Source: an uncultured Legionellales bacterium
GTDB taxonomy: Bacteria > Pseudomonadota > Gammaproteobacteria > PIVX01
Assembly: GCA_964352915.1 (NCBI GenBank)
Contig: CAYGTQ010000004.1
Coordinates: 1 to 51,613 of the forward strand
Length of the DNA: 51,613 bases
Direction of reading: 5' to 3'
A model generated the notes under the pieces. It worked only from the letters and a program-made list of their open reading frames with translations. It ran no database searches and had not been told where the DNA came from. Made by a program: the position numbers and the translations under genes. This document shows, piece by piece, positions 12,409 through 22,136 of this stretch; position 1 is the stretch's first letter, and each line of letters starts with the position of its first letter.

Positions 12409-14346
12409 CTACGACGCTTTATCGTCCTTAACTTCTTCAAACTCAGCATCCACCACATTGTCTTCTTGCTGCGATGTTTCCTGGGTTGATTCCGCCTGTG
12501 TGCCTTCAGCACCAGCCGCTGATTCTTTTGCATAAGCTTTTTCAGCAAGTTTTGCCGAAACTTCAGTCAATTCGGCAATTTTGCTTTCAATATCCGCTTT
12601 ATCTTCAGCTTCCACCGCTGATTTCAAAGCCGTAATGGCTGTTTCAATGGTTTGCTTCTCATCATCAGAAACTTCTGCACCTAAGTCTTTCAGCATTTTT
12701 TCTGTACCATGGATCATGCTGTCCGCTTGGTTTTTAATACCCACCAAATCTTTGAATTTCTTATCTTCTTCAGCGTTCATTTCAGCATCTTTAACCATAT
12801 TATTGATTTCTTCATCAGACAAACCACTGGATGCTTTAATGACGATAGATTGAGATTTACCTGTCGCTTTGTCCTTAGCAGACACGTTAAGAATCCCATT
12901 GGCATCAATATCGAAAGTCACTTCAATCTGTGGCATACCACGTGGGGCTGGGGAAATATCTGCCAAATCAAATCGACCTAAGGATTTGTTATTCACAGCA
13001 CGCTCACGCTCACCTTGTAGTACATGCACAGTCACAGCTGTTTGATTGTCATCCGCGGTAGAAAATACTTGAGATGCCTTAGTTGGAATGGTGGTATTTT
13101 TTTCAATCAACTTAGTAGACACGCCACCCATAGTTTCAATACCCAGTGATAAAGGCGTGACATCAAGCAACAAGATGTCTTTAACATCACCTGACAATAC
13201 CGCTGCTTGTAAAGCTGCCCCCATAGCAACAGCTTCATCAGGATTCACATCTTTACGTGGCTCCTTGCCAAAGAACGCCTTGACCTTCTCCTGCACCAAA
13301 GGCATACGGGTCTGGCCACCAACTAAAATCACATCATTGATGTCTGAAGCTGATAATTTGGCATCTTTAAGTGCCGTCTGGCAAGGTATGATGGTTCTCT
13401 CAACCAAAGCCTCAACCAGTGACTCAAGCTTGGCACGAGTCAATTTCATATTTAAATGTTTGGGGCCACTGGCGTCGGCTGTGATGTAAGGTAGATTCAC
13501 ATCGGTTTGCTGAGAAGAAGACAGCTCAATTTTAGCTTTTTCAGCAGCCTCTTTTAAACGTTGCAGCGCCAAAGGGTCCTTGTGCAAATCCAAGCCCGAT
13601 TCTTTTTTGAACTCAACCACCAAATGATCAATGAGAGTTTGATCAAAATCTTCGCCACCCAAAAAAGTGTCGCCGTTGGTTGCTAAGACTTCAAACTGAT
13701 GATCACCGTCTACTTCAGCAATTTCAATGATAGACACATCAAAGGTACCACCACCCAAATCATAAACAGCAACCGTACGATCGCCTTCTTTCTTGTCCAT
13801 GCCATAAGCCAAAGCTGCGGCCGTAGGCTCATTGATGATTCGCTTGACTTCAAGGCCTGCAATCTTGCCTGCATCTTTGGTAGCCTGGCGTTGAGAATCG
13901 TTAAAGTAAGCTGGCACTGTGATCACAGCCTCTGTAATGTCTTTACCTAAGTAATCTTCAGCTGTTTTTTTCATTTTCATAAGGATCTCAGCAGAAACCT
14001 GTGGAGGCGCTTTTTTATCTCCTTTGACTTTAACCCACGCATCACCATTGTCAGCAGCCACAATGCCATAAGGCACTTTAGCTATATCTTCTTGCACTAC
14101 TTTTTCATCGAATTTTCGCCCAATGAGACGCTTCACTCCATAAATGGTGTTTTCAGGATTGGTTACCATTTGGCGCTTGGCCGATGCTCCCACCAAAATT
14201 TCGCCTTCATCGGTATACGCAACAATGCTTGGCGTTGTGCGATGACCTTCCTGATTTTCAATCACTTTAGTCTTGCCACCTTCCATCACTGCGACACAAG
14301 AGTTGGTGGTACCTAAATCAATACCAATGATAGGGTTTCCTGACAT
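12409..14346 (-). CDS. dnaK: Chaperone DnaK (Hsp70)
   Basis: [26 protein letters not shown]-terminal DAEFEEV. Confidence 0.99.
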   Translation of the reverse strand: MSGNPIIGIDLGTTNSCVAVMEGGKTKVIENQEGHRTTPSIVAYTDEGEILVGASAKRQMVTNPENTIYGVKRLIGRKFDEKVVQEDIAKVPYGIVAADNGDAWVKVKGDKKAPPQVSAEILMKMKKTAEDYLGKDITEAVITVPAYFNDSQRQATKDAGKIAGLEVKRIINEPTAAALAYGMDKKEGDRTVAVYDLGGGTFDVSIIEIAEVDGDHQFEVLATNGDTFLGGEDFDQTLIDHLVVEFKKESGLDLHKDPLALQRLKEAAEKAKIELSSSQQTDVNLPYITADASGPKHLNMKLTRAKLESLVEALVERTIIPCQTALKDAKLSASDINDVILVGGQTRMPLVQEKVKAFFGKEPRKDVNPDEAVAMGAALQAAVLSGDVKDILLLDVTPLSLGIETMGGVSTKLIEKNTTIPTKASQVFSTADDNQTAVTVHVLQGERERAVNNKSLGRFDLADISPAPRGMPQIEVTFDIDANGILNVSAKDKATGKSQSIVIKASSGLSDEEINNMVKDAEMNAEEDKKFKDLVGIKNQADSMIHGTEKMLKDLGAEVSDDEKQTIETAITALKSAVEAEDKADIESKIAELTEVSAKLAEKAYAKESAAGAEGTQAESTQETSQQEDNVVDAEFEEVKDDKAS

Positions 14347-14393
14347 AATTCAATCTCCTAGTTAGTAACTTTATCTATATGTTTATGAACATT

Positions 14394-14422
14394 AAGTGAG
14401 GTCATTACAAAGGTTTTTCAAG
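14394..14422 (-). promoter_or_regulatory. Putative sigma32 (RpoH) promoter of dnaK
   Basis: Minus strand reads CTTGAA-N15-CCTCACTT (consensus CTTGAA-N13-17-CCCCATNT), about 50 nt upstream of the dnaK start. Confidence 0.65.
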
Positions 14423-14456
14423 TGCCTCATCTAAAATATGGTTAAATATAAAACAA

Positions 14457-15002
14457 TTATTTCACAACCACCACACGAGCCGGCCTGATGACACGCTCAC
14501 TTAAGCAGTAACCTTTTTGTAGCACATCAAGCACTATCCCTGAGGGCTTTTCAGTGTGTGGTTGCATTGTCATAGCCTCATGGCAATTCGGATCAAATTT
14601 CTCATCCAAAGGATTTAGCACCGTCACACCAAATTTGGCCAGAGCCGCTGTGAACATCTTCAAGGTCAGTTCTACACCAGTGACTACATCCTTACCGGCT
14701 TCAGGGCCTGGCTCTGTTGCTGCACTGATGGCTTGCTCCAAGCTGTCAAGAATAGGTAGCAATTCAACCACCAGTTTCTCAACTCCAAATTTATGGGCTT
14801 GCGCCACATCACGCTCTGAGCGCTTGCGCATGTTATCTAAATCAGAAGCGGCTCGCAATGCCTTTTGCCAATGATCATCGGCCTTTTCAGTCATCGCAGC
14901 CAACTGCTGTTGAAGATCCGAGATGACTAAATCTGGGGTTTTAGGGCCAGCATCTTCCGATGCCTCTGTCTCAGGTTGTATTTTGTCCTCTTCCATTGTC
15001 AC
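14457..15002 (-). CDS. grpE: Nucleotide exchange factor GrpE
   Basis: DNMRKR coiled coil, LLPILDSLE, FDPNCHEAM, QKGY..RVIRPARVVV. Confidence 0.97.
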   Translation of the reverse strand: MTMEEDKIQPETEASEDAGPKTPDLVISDLQQQLAAMTEKADDHWQKALRAASDLDNMRKRSERDVAQAHKFGVEKLVVELLPILDSLEQAISAATEPGPEAGKDVVTGVELTLKMFTAALAKFGVTVLNPLDEKFDPNCHEAMTMQPHTEKPSGIVLDVLQKGYCLSERVIRPARVVVVK

Positions 15003-15040
15003 GCAAAAACTCCTATGGTTTCATTTGATTATTATATTCT

Positions 15041-15068
15041 TTATGGGAACACACGAACATTTTTCAAG
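15041..15068 (-). promoter_or_regulatory. Putative sigma32 promoter of grpE, overlapping the hrcA stop codon
   Basis: Minus strand reads CTTGAA-N14-TCCCATAA. Confidence 0.7.
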
Positions 15069-16110
15069 CCTGATAAGATGACAACAACCGCGCTGTCACG
15101 TCCACAATGGGAACGACTTTCTCATAATCCATACGTCTGGGCCCAATAACCCCCAAAAGACCCAACAAATCACCTTCTTCGTTACTGTAAGGTGCTGCTA
15201 CCACACTGCAATCCACCAAGGCATCGCAGCTGGAATCACGACCAATAAAAATTTGTACACCATCAGCCCGCAAACAACGGTCGATTAATTTCAACATTTC
15301 TTGCTGTTCAGCAAAAGTTTCCAAGAGCTCACGCAAGCTTTCAGCGCCTTTCTCTTGTGCAATTGAAAATAGGTTGGCCTCACCAGACATCACATAATTG
15401 CTCATATCAGACTGAGCGTCTAAAACACGATTGGCCATTAAAAGCGCATGACGCATGTGCTTATCCATCATCTGCCAATCTTGCTCCATGCTATCCAGAA
15501 TAGATTTGCGTACCTCTGATAAGGCCTGACCGCCATAGGCTTCCACCAAAAGCTTGCTTAAGCGGTTCAATTCATCGGTTGTATAATTTTTATCTACATG
15601 AATGATGCGGTTATGCACTTCTTTTTCATTGAGAACAAGAATGATCAAAAGCCTTTGTTCTGATAGAGGTAAAAATTCCACATGCCGCAACAACATTTGT
15701 TTCGGTTTAGGGACCGTGACAAGACTTGCCAGGTTGGTCATTTGAGACAGAAGCTTGGAAATATTAGGCGCTAAGGCCTGCTGGTCATCGTTGGCATCAA
15801 TCGCTGCTTGACAAGCAGCCAATACGGCTTGCTCAATAGGTTGTACTGTCAGTAAGGTATTGACAAATAAACGAAAAGCGTCGTCTGTGGGTACGCGCCC
15901 TGCAGATGTATGCGGCGAACGCAAAAGTCCTTTAGCCTCTAAATCCGCCATCACCGAGCGAATACTGGCAGCGCTGAGCGAGAGCTCACCACTTTGTGCC
16001 AAGCTTTGCGAACCCACAGGCTGGCCGTCACGAATGTACTTTTTCATCAATTCGCGCAGTACCCTTTGAGCCCGCTCTGTTAAGCTATGATCATGCATAG
16101 AAATTTTCAT
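15064..16110 (-). CDS. hrcA: Heat-inducible transcription repressor HrcA
   Basis: YIRDGQPVGS..SAASIRSVMADLE..PHTSAGRVPT winged HTH, C-terminal GVIGPRRMDY; upstream of grpE-dnaK-dnaJ. Confidence 0.97.
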   Translation of the reverse strand: MKISMHDHSLTERAQRVLRELMKKYIRDGQPVGSQSLAQSGELSLSAASIRSVMADLEAKGLLRSPHTSAGRVPTDDAFRLFVNTLLTVQPIEQAVLAACQAAIDANDDQQALAPNISKLLSQMTNLASLVTVPKPKQMLLRHVEFLPLSEQRLLIILVLNEKEVHNRIIHVDKNYTTDELNRLSKLLVEAYGGQALSEVRKSILDSMEQDWQMMDKHMRHALLMANRVLDAQSDMSNYVMSGEANLFSIAQEKGAESLRELLETFAEQQEMLKLIDRCLRADGVQIFIGRDSSCDALVDCSVVAAPYSNEEGDLLGLLGVIGPRRMDYEKVVPIVDVTARLLSSYQA

Positions 16111-16164
16111 TAAAAGCCGATAACCTACCCATGTATCCCATAGGCCTTGAATCAGTCAAACATT

Positions 16165-16191
16165 TTAGCACTCTTACCAAAAGATTGCTAA
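16165..16191. promoter_or_regulatory. CIRCE operator (HrcA binding site) in the hrcA/nadK divergent region
   Basis: TTAGCACTC-ttaccaaaa-GATTGCTAA versus consensus TTAGCACTC-N9-GAGTGCTAA: one mismatch, exact 9-nt spacer. Confidence 0.9.
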
Positions 16192-16239
16192 AAAACTTGA
16201 AGCCTGAAGCAGGGTTATTTTTAAAGCTAAAATAATTTT

Positions 16240-17139
16240 ATGAACAAATATTCACAATCAAAGCCCTTAAAAATCTTCCTCAGTGGCCCCAGGCAAAGTC
16301 TCAACAGCCACCTGCGCATCACGCTGATGGAAGCTTTGGAGATTTTAAGTACGTGGAGCTCTCAAATTTATGTGGACTGCGACACAGCGCCAGGCCTTGA
16401 TATCCCAGCTGAATATGTGCTACCACTGTCTAGCATCGATCCCAGCTGGGATCTGATTGTGGTGGTGGGTGGCGATGGTAGCCTGCTCAAAATTGCACCT
16501 ACAGCAGCTGAACACAATGTACCCATGGTTGGCATCAACCGTGGGCACCTTGGATTTTTGACCGATATTTTGCCGACACAATTAAAGCATGATTTATCAC
16601 AGATCCTTCAGAATAAATGCAACCGCGAACAACGCTTTTTGCTGACCATGCAAACTCAAACAGAAAAAGCCATGGCTCTTAATGACGTCGTGCTGGTGCC
16701 AGACAGCAACCATCCTGGTATGATAGAGTTTACATTGTACGTGGATGCTGAGTTGGTATGCCAACAACGTGCTGACGGTGTCATCATAGCTACACCCACA
16801 GGTTCTACTGCTTACACCTTGTCAGGTGGAGGCCCCATCTTACATCCTAAACTTGACGCTATCGTGCTGGTGCCTATGTTTCCACATACATTGAGCAGTC
16901 GGCCCATTGTGGTGAGCGGGCACAGCACCATCCAACTCACGCTGGACCCCTGCAATGCATCACCTTGCCAACTGCGCTGTGATGGCCAGTTGGTCGGCAC
17001 CATCAACCCTGGGGAAACTCTGACAGTATGTAAAAAAGACAAATTGCTTACTTTAATCCATCCGCTGGGATATAATTACTATGAAACTTTACGCTCGAAG
17101 CTAGGCTGGCAAACCAAACATCGAAATAATACATGCTGA
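16240..17139 (+). CDS. nadK: NAD kinase
   Basis: GGDGS, GINRGHLGFLT, ADGVIIATPTGSTAY..GGPI; upstream of recN. Confidence 0.96.
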   Translation: MNKYSQSKPLKIFLSGPRQSLNSHLRITLMEALEILSTWSSQIYVDCDTAPGLDIPAEYVLPLSSIDPSWDLIVVVGGDGSLLKIAPTAAEHNVPMVGINRGHLGFLTDILPTQLKHDLSQILQNKCNREQRFLLTMQTQTEKAMALNDVVLVPDSNHPGMIEFTLYVDAELVCQQRADGVIIATPTGSTAYTLSGGGPILHPKLDAIVLVPMFPHTLSSRPIVVSGHSTIQLTLDPCNASPCQLRCDGQLVGTINPGETLTVCKKDKLLTLIHPLGYNYYETLRSKLGWQTKHRNNTC

Positions 17140-18818
17140 CACACTTATCCATTAAGCATTTCATCATTGTTGATAGGTTGGCCTGGGATCTGACCGATGG
17201 TTTGACCGTCATCACCGGTGAAACGGGCTCAGGCAAGTCCATCATGCTGCATGCCATTGAGCTGTGCCTTGGGAAACGTATTGATACGCCCGTAGTCCAA
17301 CCTGGCCACAAACAATGTGAACTAACCTTAATTGTTCGCTGCGAACCTTATCCTGCATTAAAGGAATGGCTTCACGAACATGACATCAGCCTGGAAGATG
17401 GCGATTGCGTCATTCGTCGCATCATTACTGAAGATGGCCGCTCCAGAATTTTTGTCAACGACACCCGTATCACGGCTCAATGGCTCAAGCGATTTGCTGA
17501 ACGCATCGTAAATTTTCATGGACAACATGAAAACCAGGCTTTAATGAAACCGGATTATCAACGCATGCTGCTTGACCACTTTGCTAAACACAATGATTTA
17601 GTGAAGGACCTCAATAAAGTGGTGCGCGACTGGCAAGCTACGCAACAAAAAATCGAGACATTAGAGCTGCAAGATTTCAGCGATGAAGAAAGAATTTGGC
17701 TCGGCGAGCAAATCCAAACTCTTGAAAAACAGGCCTTGACACTTAATGACTACCAGACATTGGTCAAACAACACGATCAATTCTCTCACGCTCAAGGCTT
17801 GCAAGAACAAGTGCATCATGCAGTTAAACTGTTGAATGATGATGAACCAGCTTTGATAGCCAAACTTATTCAGGTCAAAAATCAATTGACACCTTTTTCT
17901 GATCTGCACCCACATTTAAACCAAGGCAATCAACTGTTAACCCAAGCCTGCATGGAGCTTGAAGAAGCGTATCATGACTATAAACATTATCTAGATACCG
18001 CACCTAACGAGCAATCAGAGCTTGAAAAAATTGATGCAACGCTCACAAAATTACATGACTTAGCGCGTCATCATAAAACACAGCCTGAAAATTTATTGAC
18101 AACTCTTGAAGAGCTCAGACTCAAGCAGCATCAACTCGAACACCAGTCAGAGTACCTACACAATCTACAAACAGAATTAAGTCAGCTACAAACACATTAT
18201 GACTCTGTGGCTGAGACATTAAGCCAAAAGCGCCAACACGCAGGGGAAAGCTTGGATAAAGGGGTTAACCAATGGTTAAAACAGCTGGGCTTGCCTCATG
18301 GTATTTTGAAAACTTCTCTATCTAAAAAACAAAATACAACCCCACAACGCTTTGGCGCTGAGCATGTGGCGTTTCTCATCCAGACCCATCCAGAGCAGCC
18401 CTTTATGCCGCTACAAAAAATTGCCTCAGGAGGTGAGATGTCACGCATTGCATTGGCATTACAAGTCATCACTGCCCAGCAATTTACTTTGCCCACATTG
18501 ATTTTTGATGAAGTTGACACTGGAATCAGCGGCCAGACTGCCCACATTGTCGGGCAGTTACTACAACAACTAGGACAAAGCTCACAAGTGCTTTGCATAA
18601 CCCATTTGCCGCAAGTGGCCGCCGCGGGCCATCACCATGTACAAATTCAAAAAAGTATCCAAAAAAAAACAACCACAGTCACCATGGATACATTATCAAA
18701 ATCTCAAAGAATCAAAAGTATTGCACATATGTTAGATGGTGAAAATGCCAATAAAACTGTTCAGGAGCATGCCAAACAACTGCTAAAAAACCAAAGTACT
18801 GCAGAGGAACTGAAATAA
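17133..18818 (+). CDS. recN: DNA repair protein RecN
   Basis: Walker A GETGSGKS, HGQHE, long coiled coil, ASGGE signature, LIFDEVD, CITHLPQVA. Confidence 0.97.
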   Translation: MLTHLSIKHFIIVDRLAWDLTDGLTVITGETGSGKSIMLHAIELCLGKRIDTPVVQPGHKQCELTLIVRCEPYPALKEWLHEHDISLEDGDCVIRRIITEDGRSRIFVNDTRITAQWLKRFAERIVNFHGQHENQALMKPDYQRMLLDHFAKHNDLVKDLNKVVRDWQATQQKIETLELQDFSDEERIWLGEQIQTLEKQALTLNDYQTLVKQHDQFSHAQGLQEQVHHAVKLLNDDEPALIAKLIQVKNQLTPFSDLHPHLNQGNQLLTQACMELEEAYHDYKHYLDTAPNEQSELEKIDATLTKLHDLARHHKTQPENLLTTLEELRLKQHQLEHQSEYLHNLQTELSQLQTHYDSVAETLSQKRQHAGESLDKGVNQWLKQLGLPHGILKTSLSKKQNTTPQRFGAEHVAFLIQTHPEQPFMPLQKIASGGEMSRIALALQVITAQQFTLPTLIFDEVDTGISGQTAHIVGQLLQQLGQSSQVLCITHLPQVAAAGHHHVQIQKSIQKKTTTVTMDTLSKSQRIKSIAHMLDGENANKTVQEHAKQLLKNQSTAEELK

Positions 18819-19147
18819 AGTAGTTGGAATTTATATCATCAGTGCAGCCTTGAGTGTAACGCTAATCACCAAAAATTTACTTATGGATATCAATCCTGGA
18901 AATTAAGTTATTCATTAATTTATTTTATTCTAACCAATCTTGTGAACACAGTCTTGTGAGATCCTAAATATCGATCTTGACAAATATAATGGAAGTAAAA
19001 ACTCAAAAATTTTGCCTGTCAATTGTCAAACCGGAAATGTTAGGCACACTTATCGCTTATGCGAAATTTTATGCAATGAATCACCATGCATAAAACAGCT
19101 CGAGATACAAAGGTATTGAAGCCACCATTTCCTTTCTCTTAGGGAAA

Positions 19148-19171
19148 GAGGAGAAGCTGAAGCTTCTCCTC
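19148..19171. terminator. Perfect 10-bp hairpin, probable terminator of the small minus-strand ORF
   Basis: GAGGAGAAGC-TGAA-GCTTCTCCTC, followed by TTT on the minus strand. Confidence 0.5.
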
Positions 19172-19227
19172 AAAAGGCAACAAACATCACGCAGGGATGT
19201 CATTCTAATTTACCTCTGCAAAGATAT

Positions 19228-19350
19228 TTAGTCAAAAATGTCCTTATAATAATCAAACATGTTTAAAAGCTCTCTCTCTTCTCTTTCTAATTCATCTCTA
19301 AGATAAGTAATGTTATCAATATATTTTTCTATGACATTTTCTTTATTCAT
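19228..19350 (-). CDS. Small acidic 40-aa protein (not in ORF track)
   Basis: AAGGAG RBS 6 nt before ATG; MNKENVIEKYIDNITYLRDELEREERELLNMFDYYKDIFD*; downstream hairpin. Confidence 0.5.
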   Translation of the reverse strand: MNKENVIEKYIDNITYLRDELEREERELLNMFDYYKDIFD

Positions 19351-19951
19351 AAAATTCTCCTTATTCAGATCTAAAAATTAAACAAAGAAGGTTATATTAT
19401 CTTATTGTGCATCATAAAATTTCTATCCTGATATTTACTCACCTCCTTTTGTTGATAGCCTTAAATAACAAATATAAAATTCTTCGTCTGAAAAATTTTA
19501 TATGAACCTTTATTTTTACCTCATCTCGATTTTAATTTAAGGACACTTACTCCTTTTTTCAAGCTTTTATTTAAGAATATTTACGAAACAACCCAGTTGG
19601 ATATATTTAATTCATTATAATCATCATTTTGTATACACAATAAACCACAGGGACATAAAACTAAAATATTTTAAGTAACACCGCACCAGTATGTTCTGCA
19701 AAATACTTCCTGACGACAGGTCAAATAAACCATGAAAGCACAAAAACTTTACCGGTTCAAATACTTAACTATGCAAAATAGGTAAGTATCGTCTTAGAGG
19801 CAACAAAACAGATATTTTATAATACGAGCGTAGCAAATTTATCTAAAGTTGATATTAAAATTCTTTGTTAAAATTTCTTATTGTTTGACTGATTTGTTAC
19901 CTAAAATGCTGATTTTTTGATGTATTTTAGTTTAATTATTTAAATTAAAAT

Positions 19952-19979
19952 TTGACAATTTTATGAGGTAATTTATAAT
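19952..19979 (+). promoter_or_regulatory. Consensus sigma70 promoter
   Basis: TTGACA-N16-TATAAT with both hexamers perfect, about 190 nt upstream of ORF 20168. Confidence 0.65.
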
Positions 19980-20167
19980 GAATATTATATAAACTTATTT
20001 AACTATCAAATTGACATAAATTTTGCGTTGATAGTATTTTAAATAAGTGTTCATCATAGTTTTAGTGGTAAGATTAAAAACATGGTAGAACTTTAAATAA
20101 TTTATACCCGCTGCCCAAAAACAACAAAGTAAGAAAACCGACATAAACAGTTAACAAGGAGGTTTAA

Positions 20168-20413
20168 ATGGATAATCAACACAACAAGTTTGCATGTCGA
20201 TCTTCTGATTGGGATACTTTGAAAAATGAAATTAGCATACTTTCAACTTTGGTTGATAAAGAAATCAACAAACTTAATAACGCATGTAACGATGTTCTCA
20301 GTGCAACAGCGAATAGATACTATTTTACTGTCACAGATGAAGAAAAGGGCTTAATTGAAGATCTAAAAGGCCAAATCTCAGCCATGCTTAGCGAGACAAT
20401 ACACGAAACTTGA
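20168..20413 (+). CDS. Hypothetical helical protein
   Basis: Strong AAGGAGG RBS; ends 10 nt before the next gene; no family recognised. Confidence 0.7.
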   Translation: MDNQHNKFACRSSDWDTLKNEISILSTLVDKEINKLNNACNDVLSATANRYYFTVTDEEKGLIEDLKGQISAMLSETIHET

Positions 20414-20423
20414 TAATATCCAG

Positions 20424-21194
20424 ATGTTCGCTAAAAACAGAAAAAAATCCAACATCCACATGAGCCCGAAATTAGTTTTAAGCACAGTTTGTATCGTTAT
20501 TTGTTTTGCGGCTATGTTCGCTTGGATCTCTCATGACTCAAGCACAAAAAAAATTGTCTCTTGGTTAAACATTAACCCCCAAAAGGTGACGCACGGTAAA
20601 GATATCATCACCTCCAAAAATTGGGTTAACATCAAAAATAATGTTAAGCACGCGCAAAACTTTTTTTTAGAAAAATGCCACACATCCAAAGAAGCTGCAG
20701 TTGATGAAATGGAAGACATCATTCAATCTATTGATCAAAGCAAGAATATTAACAAAGCCATCACATTTTTGGGCGGCACAGAAAAAAGAGAGTATTTTTT
20801 ACACAATTACCTGGGGCTGGCACTGGCCCATATCAAGCAACAGCACACAAGACTAACAGATGAAGATTGGGAATACGTAAAGGAAGACACACAAAAATTA
20901 GTTGAGGTTATGTCAAAAAAATATAATATATCTCAAGCAAATTGCATTCATAGATTAAAAAATTCAGTAAAAGAAGCTTACCTGCAACATTACTTACATC
21001 AAACCTGGCATGCCACCCGACACAAATTAATCTCTAAATGGGAAAAAATTGACTTGCACGAAATTGAACATGAAAAATCAAAATTTGATAAAGTTAACCT
21101 AGCTTTACAAACAAACTATGGTTTAACTGCAAAAAAAGCACAAGAAGTTATTTATGAATGGTTAGAAAAAAAGGAAGGCGAATCCTTTGGTTAA
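20424..21194 (+). CDS. Membrane-anchored protein with tandem CsbD/YjbJ-like repeats
   Basis: N-terminal hydrophobic segment; repeats LTDEDWEYVKEDTQKLVEVMSKKYNIS and WHATRHKLISKWEKIDLHEI..LQTNYGLTAKKAQEVIYEW resemble E. coli YjbJ. Confidence 0.7.
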   Translation: MFAKNRKKSNIHMSPKLVLSTVCIVICFAAMFAWISHDSSTKKIVSWLNINPQKVTHGKDIITSKNWVNIKNNVKHAQNFFLEKCHTSKEAAVDEMEDIIQSIDQSKNINKAITFLGGTEKREYFLHNYLGLALAHIKQQHTRLTDEDWEYVKEDTQKLVEVMSKKYNISQANCIHRLKNSVKEAYLQHYLHQTWHATRHKLISKWEKIDLHEIEHEKSKFDKVNLALQTNYGLTAKKAQEVIYEWLEKKEGESFG

Positions 21195-21481
21195 GATGAA
21201 AGAAGTAAAGTTGATTGCATTAATTTAAACTCTATTTGAAGAAGACTCAGCAACTACATACTGCCAAGGGAAGTCCAGCCTCTGCGTTTATGCCACCATG
21301 AGCATGTAAATGTCAGAAAAACTATATTTAATTCTAATCAAACTGTTTCATTACAAAAAATCAGAAGCTTACAAACATAGCAGAATTATGTCTAATTTGT
21401 GTGCGTTTATTATGTTTAATTTATTTGCCAATGTACAGTCATACTACCTAACCAAAATCATGATATTAAATCAACATTTTT

Positions 21482-21510
21482 TTGACCCAGTTTATAAAAT
21501 TTTTTATACT
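21482..21510 (+). promoter_or_regulatory. sigma70-type promoter of the RHH-like gene
   Basis: TTGACC-N17-TATACT followed by AAGGA RBS at 21537-21541. Confidence 0.55.
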
Positions 21511-21547
21511 ATAAAAACTGATATTAATTTAAACTTAAGGAATGACT

Positions 21548-21772
21548 ATGCCCTTAATATCTTCCGACAATCAGAAAAAAATTTATGTGCGTGTTGGCAT
21601 GAACCAAGAGCTGCTTGATAAAGTATCTCAATATTGTTCATGGGCAGGCATAAAAAAACGCGATCATTTTTTTAATGAAGCCATTCGATATATTTTGGAT
21701 CATGATCCTCTTTGGCTTGAACACCAGAAAAAGCTTAGCATCGAAGTTTCACAAATTATCAGTAAAGACTAA
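21548..21772 (+). CDS. Small ribbon-helix-helix-like protein (paralog 1)
   Basis: Alternating beta pattern IYVRVGM, then helix QELLDKVSQYCSWAGIKKRDHFFNEAIRYIL; paralogous to 24707..24904; start moved from 21542 to 21548 on RBS spacing. Confidence 0.7.
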   Translation: MPLISSDNQKKIYVRVGMNQELLDKVSQYCSWAGIKKRDHFFNEAIRYILDHDPLWLEHQKKLSIEVSQIISKD

Positions 21773-22136
21773 ATCAAGTATTTGTAAATTTTCTCTTGTA
21801 GTCGTTTAATTCCTCAATTGAATGATTTGTTGTGTGGTTTTGCGTAAGTAGTTTGACCTATCTGGGTATTTGCATAAAGCTAGAGATTGATTTACAGAAC
21901 AATATATAAGTGCATATTTTATTACCAAAAAACATAAAATTTTTATTTATTATAACTCAGCATAAGAAGCATTCTTACACAGACTGGACAGAGATGACTT
22001 ATTTTAAACGATAGAAATCCACGTCATACTATTTTTATATCAAATATTGCCATCATGCTTGACGTGAACACAAGCACTATCCATCATAATTACAGCCAAC
22101 CATTCTGAAAGCTATGGTGTCTATTTGTAGATCCTA

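Noticed and set aside
1674-18598. Many antisense or alternate-frame ORFs overlapping glmM, folP, ftsH, rlmE, carAB, dnaJK, grpE, hrcA, nadK and recN
   Set aside because: They are shadow ORFs of well-supported genes with no recognisable motifs.
21310-21618. 102-aa plus-strand ORF
   Set aside because: It has no family features and runs across the promoter, RBS and start of the better-supported RHH-like gene.
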